Origin: an uncultured Actinomycetes bacterium
GTDB lineage: Bacteria > Actinomycetota > Thermoleophilia > Gaiellales > Gaiellaceae
NCBI GenBank assembly: GCA_963746635.1
Contig: CAVVBZ010000036.1
Coordinates: 29,003 to 93,002, forward strand
DNA length: 64,000 bases
Direction of reading: 5' to 3'
A program made the position numbers and the translations under genes. Positions 7,649 to 16,460 of this stretch are shown here, in pieces (position 1 is the first letter of the stretch; each line of letters starts with the position of its first letter). The notes under the pieces are model-generated. The model was not told the DNA's origin, did no database searches, and saw nothing but the letters and a program-made list of their open reading frames with translations.

Positions 7649-7654
7649 TACACT
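7649..7654 (+). promoter_or_regulatory. -10 box TACACT, 9 nt before the dnaE GTG (leaderless candidate)
   Basis: TAnnnT. The same hexamer occurs before rpmB. Confidence 0.4.
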
Positions 7655-7663
7655 AGGCCTCCC

Positions 7664-10600
7664 GTGGCTGAGGCCGGCTTCGTTCACCTACACGTTCACT
7701 CCGAGTACTCGATCCTCGACGGTGCCTGCCGGATACCGGGTCTGGCGGCCCGGGCGGCCGAGCTCGAAATGCCGGCGGTGGCGCTGACCGACCACGGCTC
7801 GCTGGCCGGCGCGGTGGAGCTCGTGCGCGAGACCGGCAAGCACGGCGTCAAGCCGCTGCTCGGGTGCGAGGTCTACGTCGCGGAGGACCGGCACGCTCAG
7901 AAGAAGGGCTACGCGCACCTGACGCTCCTCGCCGAGAACAACACCGGCTACGGAAATCTGATCAAGCTCGCCTCCGCGGGCTACCTCGAGGGCTACTACT
8001 ACAAGCCGCGGGTCGACTGGGAGCTGCTCGAGCAGCACGCGAGCGGGCTGGTCGCGCTCTCCGGGTGTCTCTCGGGCCGCGTCTGCAAGGCGCTCGAGGA
8101 AAACAGGGGCAACGACGCGCACACGGAGCTCGACCGGCTCGCGCAGATCTTCGGGCGCGATTCGACGTACGTCGAGATCCAGAACGCCGGCCTCGACATC
8201 CAGGCGCGGATCAACCCGCTCTTGACCACCCTCGCCGCGGAGGCCGGGCTGCCGCTCGTCGCGACGGGTGACGTCCACTACCTGCGGCACGAGGATGCGA
8301 AGGCGCATGAGGCGCTGCTCTGCATCCAGTCGGGCGACTCGCTCAAGAACCCGAACCACTGGCGGTTCGACACCGACCAGTTCTTCTTCAAGACACCGGC
8401 CGAGATGGCACTCGACTTCCCGGGCCTCGAGGAGGCCATGGCCCGAACGCTCGAGGTCGCCGAGCGCTGCAACGTCGAGCTCGAGCTCGGGAAGATCCTG
8501 CTGCCGAGCTTCCCGGTTCCCGACGGCAAGGACGCCTTCGAGTTCCTGGTCGAGCTCTGCGAAAAAGGCCTGCAAAAGCGCTACGAACAGGTGACCCCGG
8601 AGCTGCAGGAGCGCATGCGCTTCGAGCTCAAGACGATCAAGGAGATGGGGTTCGCCGACTACTTCCTGATCGTCTGGGACTTCGTCTCGTTCGCGAAGCG
8701 AAACGGAATCCAGGTCGGCCCGGGCCGCGGCTCGGCGGCCGGCTCGCTCGCCGCCTACTGCCTCGAGATCACCGACGTCGACCCGATGCGCTTCGGCCTT
8801 CTCTTCGAGCGCTTCCTCAACCCGGGACGCAAGTCGATGCCGGACATGGACATCGACTTCGCGGTCGCCGGTCGCGACCGGGTGATCAACTACGTCGCCG
8901 AGAAGTACGGGCGCGACCGCGTCGCCCAGATCATCACCTTCGGGACGATGATGGCCCGCGCTGCCGTTCGCGACTCCGGCCGCGTGCTCGAGGTCCCGTA
9001 CGGCACCGTCGACCGGATCGCGAAGCTGATCCCCGAGGGCCCGAAGGTCTACCTCGAGGATTGCCTCAAGCCCGGCGCCGAGCTGAAGACGGCCTACGAC
9101 GCCGACCCGCTCGTGCGCGAGATCGTCGACCTGGCCGGACCGCTCGAGGGGCTCGTCCGCCAGGACTCGATCCATGCCGCGGGCGTCGTCATCTCCGACC
9201 GCCCGCTCACCGACGTCGTGCCCCTCCAGCAGAAGGGCGCCGACCAGGAGGTCGTGACCCAGTTCGCGATGGACGACGTCGAGGCGCTCGGCCTGCTGAA
9301 GATCGACTTCCTCGGCCTTCGCAACCTGGACGTGATCGACAAGGCCGTCGAGCTCGTCGGCGGCGAGCTCGACATCACGAAGATCCCGATGGACGACGCG
9401 AAGACCTTCAAGATGCTCGCCCAGGGCGACGCGATCGGGGTCTTCCAGTTCGAGTCGTCGGGAATGCGCGAGGCGCTCAGGCAGGTCAAGCCGACCGAGT
9501 TCGAGGACCTCGTCGCGCTGGTCGCCCTGTACCGCCCGGGCCCGATGCAGTACATCCCGGTCTACGCTCGCCGCAAGAACGGCCAGGAGCCGGTCACGTA
9601 CATCGACCCGCGGCTCGAGCCCCTCCTCGCCGACACGTACGGGATCGCGATCTACCAGGAGAGCTACATGGAGATCGCCAAGCAGTTCGCCGGCTTCTCG
9701 CCCGCCGAGGCCGACGACCTGCGCAAGGCGATCGGCAAGAAGGTGCACGCGCTGATGGCGTCCCTCAAGGACAAGTTCCTCGAGGGCTGCGCCGCGAACG
9801 ACGTCACGCCGGCGGTGGCGAACCAGCTCTGGAAGGACATCGAGGTCTCGAAGGACTACTCGTTCGGCAAGGCGCACTCGGCCGGCTACGCGCTGATCGC
9901 CTACCGCACGGCGTGGCTCAAGGCGAACCATCCGCACGAGTACATGGCGGCGCTGATCTCGTCGGTGATGAACACGAAGGACCGCGTGCCCTTCTACGTC
10001 GCGGCTTGCCGTGAGCTCGGAATCGAGGTGCTGCCGCCGGACGTGAACGCATCGCAATACGACTTCGCGGTCGTCGAGGGGCGGATCCGCTTCGGCCTGA
10101 ACGCGGTCAAGAACGTCGGCGACTCGGCTGCGCGGGCGATCGTCGCCGCGCGCGAGGAGGGCGGGACCTTCGAGTCGCTGTGGGACTTCACCGAGCGGGT
10201 CGACCCGCAGGTCGTGAACAAGCGCGCGCTCGAGTCGCTCGTGAAGTGCGGCGCGCTCGACTCGGCCGGCGCAACGCGGCGCGGGATGCTCGAGGCCCTC
10301 GAGCACGCGCTCTCGCACGGCCAGCGCGCGCAGAACGACCGGCTGATCGGTCAGAGCTCGCTGTTCGGCGAGGCGGAGGACAAGCCTGAGCATCCGCCCA
10401 TCGGCTCCGAGGAGTTCGAGAAGAACGAGCTGCTGCGCCTGGAGAAGGAGACGCTCGGCCTGTACGTCTCCGAGCACCCGCTGGAGGCGATCCGCGCGCA
10501 GCTCCGGCGCAAGACGGATGCGTCTCTGGCCGAGCTCGAGCGGCGGCGCGACGGCGAGGTCCTGACGGTGGCCGGGATCGTCTCGGCGCTCAAGCAGCTG

Positions 10601-11038
10601 ACGACGAAGAAGGGCGAGCCGATGGTCTTCATGCGGCTCGACGATGTGATCGGAAGCGCCGAGGTGGTCGTCTTCAACTCGGTCTACGCGTCCGCGCGGG
10701 AGCTACTCGTCACGGACGCGGTGCTCGTCGTCAAGGCGCGCGTCGACCACAAGGAGGGGGAGACGAAGCTGATCGCGCTGGAGGTGTCGTCTTTCGAGGC
10801 GACGCCCGAGCGGCGCGAGGTGCGCTTGAAGCTCGACGCGCGCGCCGCCCGCGCGGGGATCATCCGCGAGCTCGCCGCGGTCGTTCGCGACTTCCCCGGC
10901 GAGGCGCCGGTCGTGGTCGACCTCGTCACGTCCGAGGGGCCGCGGACGTTCCAGCTCGGGTCGCAGTTCCGGGTCAAGCCGGAGCCCGACTTTTTCGCCG
11001 AGGTGAAGGCACTCCTCGGCGAGGCCGCGGTCGCCTAG
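7664..11038 (+). CDS. dnaE: DNA polymerase III subunit alpha
   Basis: 1124 aa. PHP domain HLHVHSEYSILDG, and GRGSAAGSLAAYCLEITDVDP, PDMDIDF, YRPGPM. Confidence 0.95.
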   Translation: MAEAGFVHLHVHSEYSILDGACRIPGLAARAAELEMPAVALTDHGSLAGAVELVRETGKHGVKPLLGCEVYVAEDRHAQKKGYAHLTLLAENNTGYGNLIKLASAGYLEGYYYKPRVDWELLEQHASGLVALSGCLSGRVCKALEENRGNDAHTELDRLAQIFGRDSTYVEIQNAGLDIQARINPLLTTLAAEAGLPLVATGDVHYLRHEDAKAHEALLCIQSGDSLKNPNHWRFDTDQFFFKTPAEMALDFPGLEEAMARTLEVAERCNVELELGKILLPSFPVPDGKDAFEFLVELCEKGLQKRYEQVTPELQERMRFELKTIKEMGFADYFLIVWDFVSFAKRNGIQVGPGRGSAAGSLAAYCLEITDVDPMRFGLLFERFLNPGRKSMPDMDIDFAVAGRDRVINYVAEKYGRDRVAQIITFGTMMARAAVRDSGRVLEVPYGTVDRIAKLIPEGPKVYLEDCLKPGAELKTAYDADPLVREIVDLAGPLEGLVRQDSIHAAGVVISDRPLTDVVPLQQKGADQEVVTQFAMDDVEALGLLKIDFLGLRNLDVIDKAVELVGGELDITKIPMDDAKTFKMLAQGDAIGVFQFESSGMREALRQVKPTEFEDLVALVALYRPGPMQYIPVYARRKNGQEPVTYIDPRLEPLLADTYGIAIYQESYMEIAKQFAGFSPAEADDLRKAIGKKVHALMASLKDKFLEGCAANDVTPAVANQLWKDIEVSKDYSFGKAHSAGYALIAYRTAWLKANHPHEYMAALISSVMNTKDRVPFYVAACRELGIEVLPPDVNASQYDFAVVEGRIRFGLNAVKNVGDSAARAIVAAREEGGTFESLWDFTERVDPQVVNKRALESLVKCGALDSAGATRRGMLEALEHALSHGQRAQNDRLIGQSSLFGEAEDKPEHPPIGSEEFEKNELLRLEKETLGLYVSEHPLEAIRAQLRRKTDASLAELERRRDGEVLTVAGIVSALKQLTTKKGEPMVFMRLDDVIGSAEVVVFNSVYASARELLVTDAVLVVKARVDHKEGETKLIALEVSSFEATPERREVRLKLDARAARAGIIRELAAVVRDFPGEAPVVVDLVTSEGPRTFQLGSQFRVKPEPDFFAEVKALLGEAAVA

Positions 11039-11616
11039 GGCTCCGAGCGCCTCCGAGGCATCCGCCGCGTCGCCACGAGCGCGACCCCCGCGACGATCAG
11101 CGCGGCGACAGGTGCGCCGACTCCGAGCTTGACGGCGGTGTTGCTCCCGGACGAGCTCGGGACGGTCCGGGGGAGACCGGCTCGCACGAGCACGCCCTTG
11201 AGCGCGGGGCCGCCCCGGTACCAGCCGCCGCGCGTCCGCTCGACGCCGAAGATCCGCTGGCCGGCCGCCATGTGGGTGACGGCGCCGCCCTGCGCGTACG
11301 GGTAGACGTCCTGCGTGAGCCGGAAGCGTTTGCCGTAGCCGGCGGGGACGACGAAGCGGATCGTGAACCTCGGCCCGAGCTTTCCGTCCGGCCGCCCGCC
11401 GAGCGTCGGGTCGGGCGACTGGCCGAAGACGGCGGGGAAGAAGCCCGTGTACTCCGTCAGGTAGCCCAGCGCCGTCCCTCCGCTCTCCCCGTTGCCTGTG
11501 AAGGAGAGCGGCTTGCCGAGCCCGGGCCCGGTGATCGAGGCCCGGGACGGGCCCTTGGCGATCGCGGCCGGAGCGAACACGGCGGCCGCGACGAGCACGA
11601 GCGCGAGGCGTTTCAT
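11035..11616 (-). CDS. exported protein with a C-terminal membrane anchor, hypothetical
   Basis: Signal peptide MKRLALVLVAAAVFAPAAIA. C-terminal hydrophobic stretch plus an RRMPRRR tail. Confidence 0.6.
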   Translation of the reverse strand: MKRLALVLVAAAVFAPAAIAKGPSRASITGPGLGKPLSFTGNGESGGTALGYLTEYTGFFPAVFGQSPDPTLGGRPDGKLGPRFTIRFVVPAGYGKRFRLTQDVYPYAQGGAVTHMAAGQRIFGVERTRGGWYRGGPALKGVLVRAGLPRTVPSSSGSNTAVKLGVGAPVAALIVAGVALVATRRMPRRRSEP

Positions 11617-11689
11617 CGTCGAGCTCCTTTCGAGAGGGTCGCCGTACCTACACCGTGGAGCCCGTCAGGGTTCCGTCACACTCCGGCCG

Positions 11690-11806
11690 GTGCGCATCTA
11701 CGAGACGGTGCTCTACGCGGACGACGTGATCGCGGCGGCCGCGTTCTACGCCGAGGTGCTCGGCCTGCGACAGCTCCGCGAGCCCGACGAGCACAGCGCC
11801 GTCTGA
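11690..11806 (+). pseudogene. 38-codon N-terminal remnant of a VOC/glyoxalase gene
   Basis: VRIYETVLYADDVIAAAAFYAEVLGLRQL is a VOC beta1-alpha1 start and then hits a stop. CACACT box at 11677-11682, 7 nt before the GTG. Confidence 0.35.
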
Positions 11807-11887
11807 AGTGACCGGTCGACACGAACGCCCTCATTTCGAACCATCTCCATACGGAACCCCGGCGCGCGTTCGGGTGTAGAAGCACCG

Positions 11888-12448
11888 GTGGTGGACCGGC
11901 CACTGGACGAATCGGAGCTCGTCGAGCGAGCGCGGCGCGGCGACCTCCGCGCCTGGGAGTCGATCGTGCGCATGTACCAGGGGATCGCGTTTCGGACGGC
12001 CTACCTGTTGAGCGGGAGCGCGGCGGACGCCGAGGAGGCCGTCCAGGACGGGTTCGTGAAGGCCTATCGCGCGCTCGGGCGATTCCGGCGCGGATCGCCG
12101 CTTCGGCCGTGGCTGCTCCGGATCGTCGCCAACGAGTCGCGAAACCGCCGCCGCTCGGCCGCGCGGCGCGAACGGCTCGCGCTGCGGGTGGCCGCCGAGG
12201 ACCGCCCGGGGGACGCGGTCCCGTCCCCCGAGGCGGCTCTACTGGCCGGCGAGCGCCGTGAGCGGCTGCTGGCCGCGGTCGAGCGGCTCCCGGACGACCA
12301 GCGCGACACGGTCACGTGCCGCTACTTCCTCGAGCTCTCCGAGCAGGAGACGGCCGCGGTGCTTCGCGTCCGGCGCGGCACGGTCAAGTCACGCCTCGCG
12401 CGCGGGCTCGAGCGGCTCCGCGAGGAGCTCGGGGAGGAAGGTCAATGA
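11888..12448 (+). CDS. ECF-type RNA polymerase sigma factor
   Basis: Region 2 (AEEAVQDGFVKAYRAL, WLLRIVANE) and region 4 (LSEQETAAVLRVRRGTVKSRLARG). Confidence 0.9.
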   Translation: MVDRPLDESELVERARRGDLRAWESIVRMYQGIAFRTAYLLSGSAADAEEAVQDGFVKAYRALGRFRRGSPLRPWLLRIVANESRNRRRSAARRERLALRVAAEDRPGDAVPSPEAALLAGERRERLLAAVERLPDDQRDTVTCRYFLELSEQETAAVLRVRRGTVKSRLARGLERLREELGEEGQ

Positions 12449-13155
12449 CCGCGCTCGAGCCGCAGCTGGTCATGCTCGGGCGAGAGCTCGCGGTTCCGCG
12501 CTCCCCCGACATCGCGCCGGCGGTCCTGGCCCGGCTCGAGGAGCATCCCGGCCGGCCGTTCCCGTGGCGGCGCGCCGCCGCGCTCGCCCTGGCGATTCTC
12601 GCGCTCGCGGTCGCTGCCGCCCTCGCGGTGCCGCGGGCCCGGACGTCAATCCTGCGCTGGTTCCATCTCGGTGGCGCGAGGGTCGAGCGGGTCGAGACGC
12701 TCCCGCCCGCGGTCGAGCGCGCGCAGGCCGGTGGGCTCGGCAGGAAGCTCTCGCGCGCGCAAGCGGAGCGCCTCGTCGGTTTCCGGCTCGCGCTCCCGCC
12801 GCTCTCGGGCACGCCGCCGGTGTACGTCCTCGACGACTCGCTCGCGACCGTGATCGTCCGGGCGTACGGCCACGCGGTCCTCCTGTCGCAGTTCCGCTTG
12901 TCCAACGCAAACGTGCTGAAGAAGCTCGCCGTCGGCAAGACGACGATCGAGTCGGTCCGCGTGAACGGCCGTCCCGGGCTCTGGCTCGAGGGCGGGCCGC
13001 ACACGCTCACCTACCTCGGCCGCGACCTCGGCTTCCGCGAGCGAACCGTCCTGATCCACGGAAACGTGCTGCTCTGGGTGCGCGATGGCATCACGCTTCG
13101 CCTGGAGGGGAACCTGACGCGCGCGCAGGCGCTGTCGATCGCTCGCCGCGTTTGA
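12445..13155 (+). CDS. putative anti-sigma factor / single-pass membrane protein
   Basis: ATGA overlap with the sigma gene. Short cytoplasmic N-terminus, one TM (AAALALAILALAVAAALAV), extracytoplasmic domain. Confidence 0.6.
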   Translation: MTALEPQLVMLGRELAVPRSPDIAPAVLARLEEHPGRPFPWRRAAALALAILALAVAAALAVPRARTSILRWFHLGGARVERVETLPPAVERAQAGGLGRKLSRAQAERLVGFRLALPPLSGTPPVYVLDDSLATVIVRAYGHAVLLSQFRLSNANVLKKLAVGKTTIESVRVNGRPGLWLEGGPHTLTYLGRDLGFRERTVLIHGNVLLWVRDGITLRLEGNLTRAQALSIARRV

Positions 13156-13210
13156 TATCCCCCACCAGGGGGAGAACCAACCGGGCCGTTTTCCCGAATA
13201 CGAATCTACG

Positions 13211-13414
13211 ATGACTGCTGCGGAGCTTCGAGTCGTCAACGACACCGAGATCGAACGGGTCGAGCACTGGCGCGCGGAAGAACTGATCCGCGCCGGATAC
13301 AACCCGAGCGACGCGGTCTCCCTTGCGGCCCGGCACGACATCGACCTTCACAGGGCGGTCGAGCTGATCCTGCAGGGCTGTCCGTACGAGCTGGCGATCG
13401 AGATCCTGATCTGA
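13211..13414 (+). CDS. small hypothetical protein
   Basis: 67 aa, ATG start, coding-like codon bias. Confidence 0.4.
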   Translation: MTAAELRVVNDTEIERVEHWRAEELIRAGYNPSDAVSLAARHDIDLHRAVELILQGCPYELAIEILI

Positions 13415-13479
13415 GGTTGCCGGTCGGTCTCGCCGGCCCCGCCTTGCGAGGCCGGCGTTTCGGTGCTTAGCTCTCGGGC

Positions 13480-13668
13480 GTGACGGTGCTCGGCGGCATC
13501 ATCGGAGTGATCGTCGGTCTCGTAGTCGGCGTTCTCTTCACCGAGGTCATCTTCGCCAACAACCAGGAGTGGCCGATCATCGTCCCGTTCGGCCTCGCAG
13601 TCCTCGGCTGGTTCGTCGGAACCACCGTCGTGCGACGGCTCACCGGTCGAGGCGTCGCAAGCCCGTAA
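13480..13668 (+). CDS. small two-TM membrane protein, hypothetical
   Basis: 62 aa with two hydrophobic helices. Confidence 0.4.
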   Translation: MTVLGGIIGVIVGLVVGVLFTEVIFANNQEWPIIVPFGLAVLGWFVGTTVVRRLTGRGVASP

Positions 13669-13716
13669 GGGTTCCACCGGGCAGGCTTAGAGGCCCGCGG
13701 GCAGAATGTCGGCCCC

Positions 13717-14595
13717 GTGATCCTCGCCTTCATCCCGTCGCCGCATACCGGCACGATCACGGTCGGGCCGCTGACGATCCACATGTACGGCCTGATCCTG
13801 CTGGTCGCGATCGCGGCGTGTGTGTGGCTGACCGGCGTACGCTGGGTCGCGCGCGGGGGCGACTGGGACCTCGTGCTGCGGGTGGCGGTCTGGGGAGTCG
13901 CGTTCGGGATCGTCGGCGCCCGCGCGTACCACGACATCACGAGCTGGAACGAGGTTACGAACCCGAAGTGGAAGGGGATCTTCGCCGTCTGGGAGGGCGG
14001 CCTCGGGGTCTGGGGTGGGATCCTGCTCGGCTGCCTGGCCGGGGCGTTCGTCGTCCACCGGTCGGGCGCGCGCGTACGTGACTTCATGGATGCGGTCGCG
14101 CCGGGTCTCCTGCTCGCGCAGGGCATCGGCCGCTTCGGCAACTGGTTCAACCAGGAGCTCTACGGCAAGCCGACCAGCCTTCCGTGGGGCCTGAAGATCG
14201 ACCCCGAGCACCGCGTCGAGAACTACACGCAGTACTCGACCTTCCAGCCGACCTTTCTGTACGAGTTCCTCTACGACGGGATCGGGGTCGTCGCCTTGCT
14301 GCTGCTCGACCGGCGCTTCCGCTTCAAGCCGCCTGCGCTCTTCTCGCTCTACGTCTCGTTCTACACGTTCGGGCGCTTCTTCGAGGAGCTCCTGCGGATC
14401 GATCCGGCGCATCATTTCGCCGGCCTGCGTCTGAACGCCTGGGTCTCGATCGTCGTCTTCGCCTGCTCGACGGCCTTCTTCGTCTGGTGGCAGTTCATCC
14501 GCGGCGGCGAGTCGGAGCTGCGCCGACCTGGACGGCGAGTGCCCGAGGGGCCTGCGATGGCGATCCCAAAGGGCCGCGTCCGGCCGTCCCGCTAG
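13717..14595 (+). CDS. lgt: prolipoprotein diacylglyceryl transferase
   Basis: YGLILLVAIA, GARAYH, GGLGVWGGILLG, GRFGNWFNQELYGKPT. Confidence 0.9.
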   Translation: MILAFIPSPHTGTITVGPLTIHMYGLILLVAIAACVWLTGVRWVARGGDWDLVLRVAVWGVAFGIVGARAYHDITSWNEVTNPKWKGIFAVWEGGLGVWGGILLGCLAGAFVVHRSGARVRDFMDAVAPGLLLAQGIGRFGNWFNQELYGKPTSLPWGLKIDPEHRVENYTQYSTFQPTFLYEFLYDGIGVVALLLLDRRFRFKPPALFSLYVSFYTFGRFFEELLRIDPAHHFAGLRLNAWVSIVVFACSTAFFVWWQFIRGGESELRRPGRRVPEGPAMAIPKGRVRPSR

Positions 14596-14596
14596 G

Positions 14597-15370
14597 TTGC
14601 GCCGCATGTTCGTGCGAGAGCTCGAGCTCGACCTCGACGCCTTCGAGGGGCCGTTCGACCTGCTCCTGACGCTGGTCTTGAAGGAGGAGATCGACCTCGC
14701 CGAGGTCGACGTGGCCGGGATCGTCGTCGCCTTCTGCGAGCGGCTCGCGGAGCGGGACGAGCTCGATCTGGAGGCGTGCGGCGAGTTCCTCGTCCTGGTC
14801 TCCGCGCTGCTGGAGCTCAAGGCGCGCGCGCTCTTCCCGGACGAGGAGGCGGAGCTGTCGGAGCTCGAGCCCGAGGAGGCTGCCGAGGAGCTGGCGCGGC
14901 GGCTTGCCGAATACCGGCGCGCCAAGGAGGCTGCGGCCTGGCTCGCGGAGCGGCTGGAGGGCGAGGGCGACCGCTACTTCCGGCTCGGACCCGCGCCGCT
15001 CGCGCCCCGGGTCGAGCGTCGGCTGGCGCCTCAGGATCCGGAGGGGCTCGTTGTCGCGCTGCGCGCGCTGGCGGCAGAGCCGCCCGCGGTGTCGCTCGCG
15101 CACCTTGAGCTGCGCTTTCCGCCGGTGTCGCAGTTCCTCGAGCGTTTTCGCGCGGTCTTGCGAGCGCGGTGCGCGTTCGACCTCGACGCCGAGGTCGAGG
15201 GGCTCTCGCGCATCGAGCAGGCCGTCGCGTTCCTGGCGTTGCTCGAGCTGCGGCGATCGGGGGAGATCTCGTTGGAGCAGGCGGCGTCGTTCGCGCCCAT
15301 TCGGGTGCGGCGGGCCGAGCGCGAGGCTGAGAGGAGACCGGAATGGAACGAGATCGCCCGCTCCGCCTGA
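14597..15370 (+). CDS. scpA: segregation and condensation protein A
   Basis: FEGPFDLLLTLVLKEEIDL motif. The start is TTG at 14597 or ATG at 14606. Confidence 0.85.
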   Translation: MRRMFVRELELDLDAFEGPFDLLLTLVLKEEIDLAEVDVAGIVVAFCERLAERDELDLEACGEFLVLVSALLELKARALFPDEEAELSELEPEEAAEELARRLAEYRRAKEAAAWLAERLEGEGDRYFRLGPAPLAPRVERRLAPQDPEGLVVALRALAAEPPAVSLAHLELRFPPVSQFLERFRAVLRARCAFDLDAEVEGLSRIEQAVAFLALLELRRSGEISLEQAASFAPIRVRRAEREAERRPEWNEIARSA

Positions 15371-15954
15371 TCACAGCGAGCCCCGTCGACCGGCTCGCGC
15401 GCACGCTCGAAGCGCTGCTCGTGGTCGCGTCGCAGCCGCTCTCGGTCGAAGAGCTCGCCGAGGCCGCGAACGACGACCCGGAGCGGATCGAGACCGCGTT
15501 GTCGTTGTTGACCGAGCGCTTCGCAGAAGGGCGCAGCGGGATCGTGCTCGAGCACGTCGCGGGCGGCTGGGCGTACCGCGCCTCTCGTGAGGCGGCCGAG
15601 GCGTGTGGGCGGCTCGTCGAGCGGCCCGTCGAGCGCGGCCTTTCGGGCGCGGCGCTCGAGACGCTCGCGATCGTCGCCTACCTCGGGCCTGTCAGCCGGC
15701 CGGAGATCGCGCGGATCCGCGGCGTGGCGGCCGACTCCGTCGTCGCCGGGCTCGTCGAGCGCGGCCTGATCGCGGAGTCCGGGCGCGATTCCGAGGTGCT
15801 CGGGGGAGCGGTGCGCTACAAGACGACGCCGTTGTTCGAGCGCGTCTTCGGCCTCGAGTCGCTCTCGCAGCTTCCGCGGTTGGACGACCTCGGCGAGGAC
15901 ATGGGCGAGATCCGCGCCCGGCTCGAGACCGTCGCCGAACGCCGCGGCGCGTAG
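15343..15954 (+). CDS. scpB: segregation and condensation protein B
   Basis: LEALLVVASQPLSVEEL, LSGAALETLAIVAYLGPVSRPEIARIRGV, YKTTPLF. Confidence 0.85.
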   Translation: MERDRPLRLITASPVDRLARTLEALLVVASQPLSVEELAEAANDDPERIETALSLLTERFAEGRSGIVLEHVAGGWAYRASREAAEACGRLVERPVERGLSGAALETLAIVAYLGPVSRPEIARIRGVAADSVVAGLVERGLIAESGRDSEVLGGAVRYKTTPLFERVFGLESLSQLPRLDDLGEDMGEIRARLETVAERRGA

Positions 15955-15979
15955 CTGGCCCCGTCCGCTTGGACCACGG

Positions 15980-16110
15980 CCGGGGTCTGACCCCGGACAG
16001 GTCGCGCAGCGACCACGATTTGCACAGATTCAGCATGCTCTGATGTCGAGGGAGCAGGACCTTCGGCCGCGGCGAGTGGCCGAAATGGACTTGGCCGGGG
16101 TCTGACCCCG
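15980..16110. repeat. GGGGTCTGACCCC-bounded intergenic element, copy A
   Basis: 13-mers at 15982-15994 and 16097-16109. Internal TTGCAcagATTCAGCaTGC...AGCAGGACcTTCG matches copy B. Confidence 0.7.
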
Positions 16111-16148
16111 AACGTGGCCGGCCCGGGCGCGTCTCGGGCGGGTGGCGG

Positions 16149-16439
16149 TTAGAGCCTGCGTACGATCTCTTCCGCTTCCTCGCGCGTGAAGGCTCGCAGC
16201 GTCTCGGTGTGCTCGGCGCCGTGGCGCTGGAGCTTCATCAGGATCTCGGCGGCCAGCTCGTCGTCCGGCGCCTCGAAGATCTCGACCACGTCGTAGCGGC
16301 CGAGCGTGACGTAGACGCCGATCAGCTTGCCGCCGGCGGACTCGATCACCCGTTCGCCCTCCTCGACGCGCTCACGCCAGGCCGGTAGCCCGGCCACTCC
16401 CTGCGACGTCCAGCGCATCAGGGTGACGTAGTGCGGCAC
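16149..16439 (-). CDS. GYD-domain protein
   Basis: VPHYVTLMRWTSQGVAG...GVYVTLGRYDVVEIFEAPDDE. GTG at 16439, with ATG at 16418 as an alternative. The rest of the 299-aa ORF is antisense noise. Confidence 0.75.
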   Translation of the reverse strand: MPHYVTLMRWTSQGVAGLPAWRERVEEGERVIESAGGKLIGVYVTLGRYDVVEIFEAPDDELAAEILMKLQRHGAEHTETLRAFTREEAEEIVRRL

Positions 16440-16460
16440 GACCCCCGAATAATGGCGGGT

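Noticed and set aside
7688-10477. 929-aa ORF antisense to dnaE
   Set aside because: It lies fully inside a confidently identified gene on the other strand. It is Arg/Leu/Asp/Val-rich with no motifs. Stop-free antisense frames are typical of about 70% GC DNA.
11035-11616. LPRTV followed by a hydrophobic segment and basic tail, considered as a sortase (LPXTG) sorting signal
   Set aside because: The motif lacks the Gly and sits 16 residues before the TM segment. A simple C-terminal membrane anchor is the safer reading.
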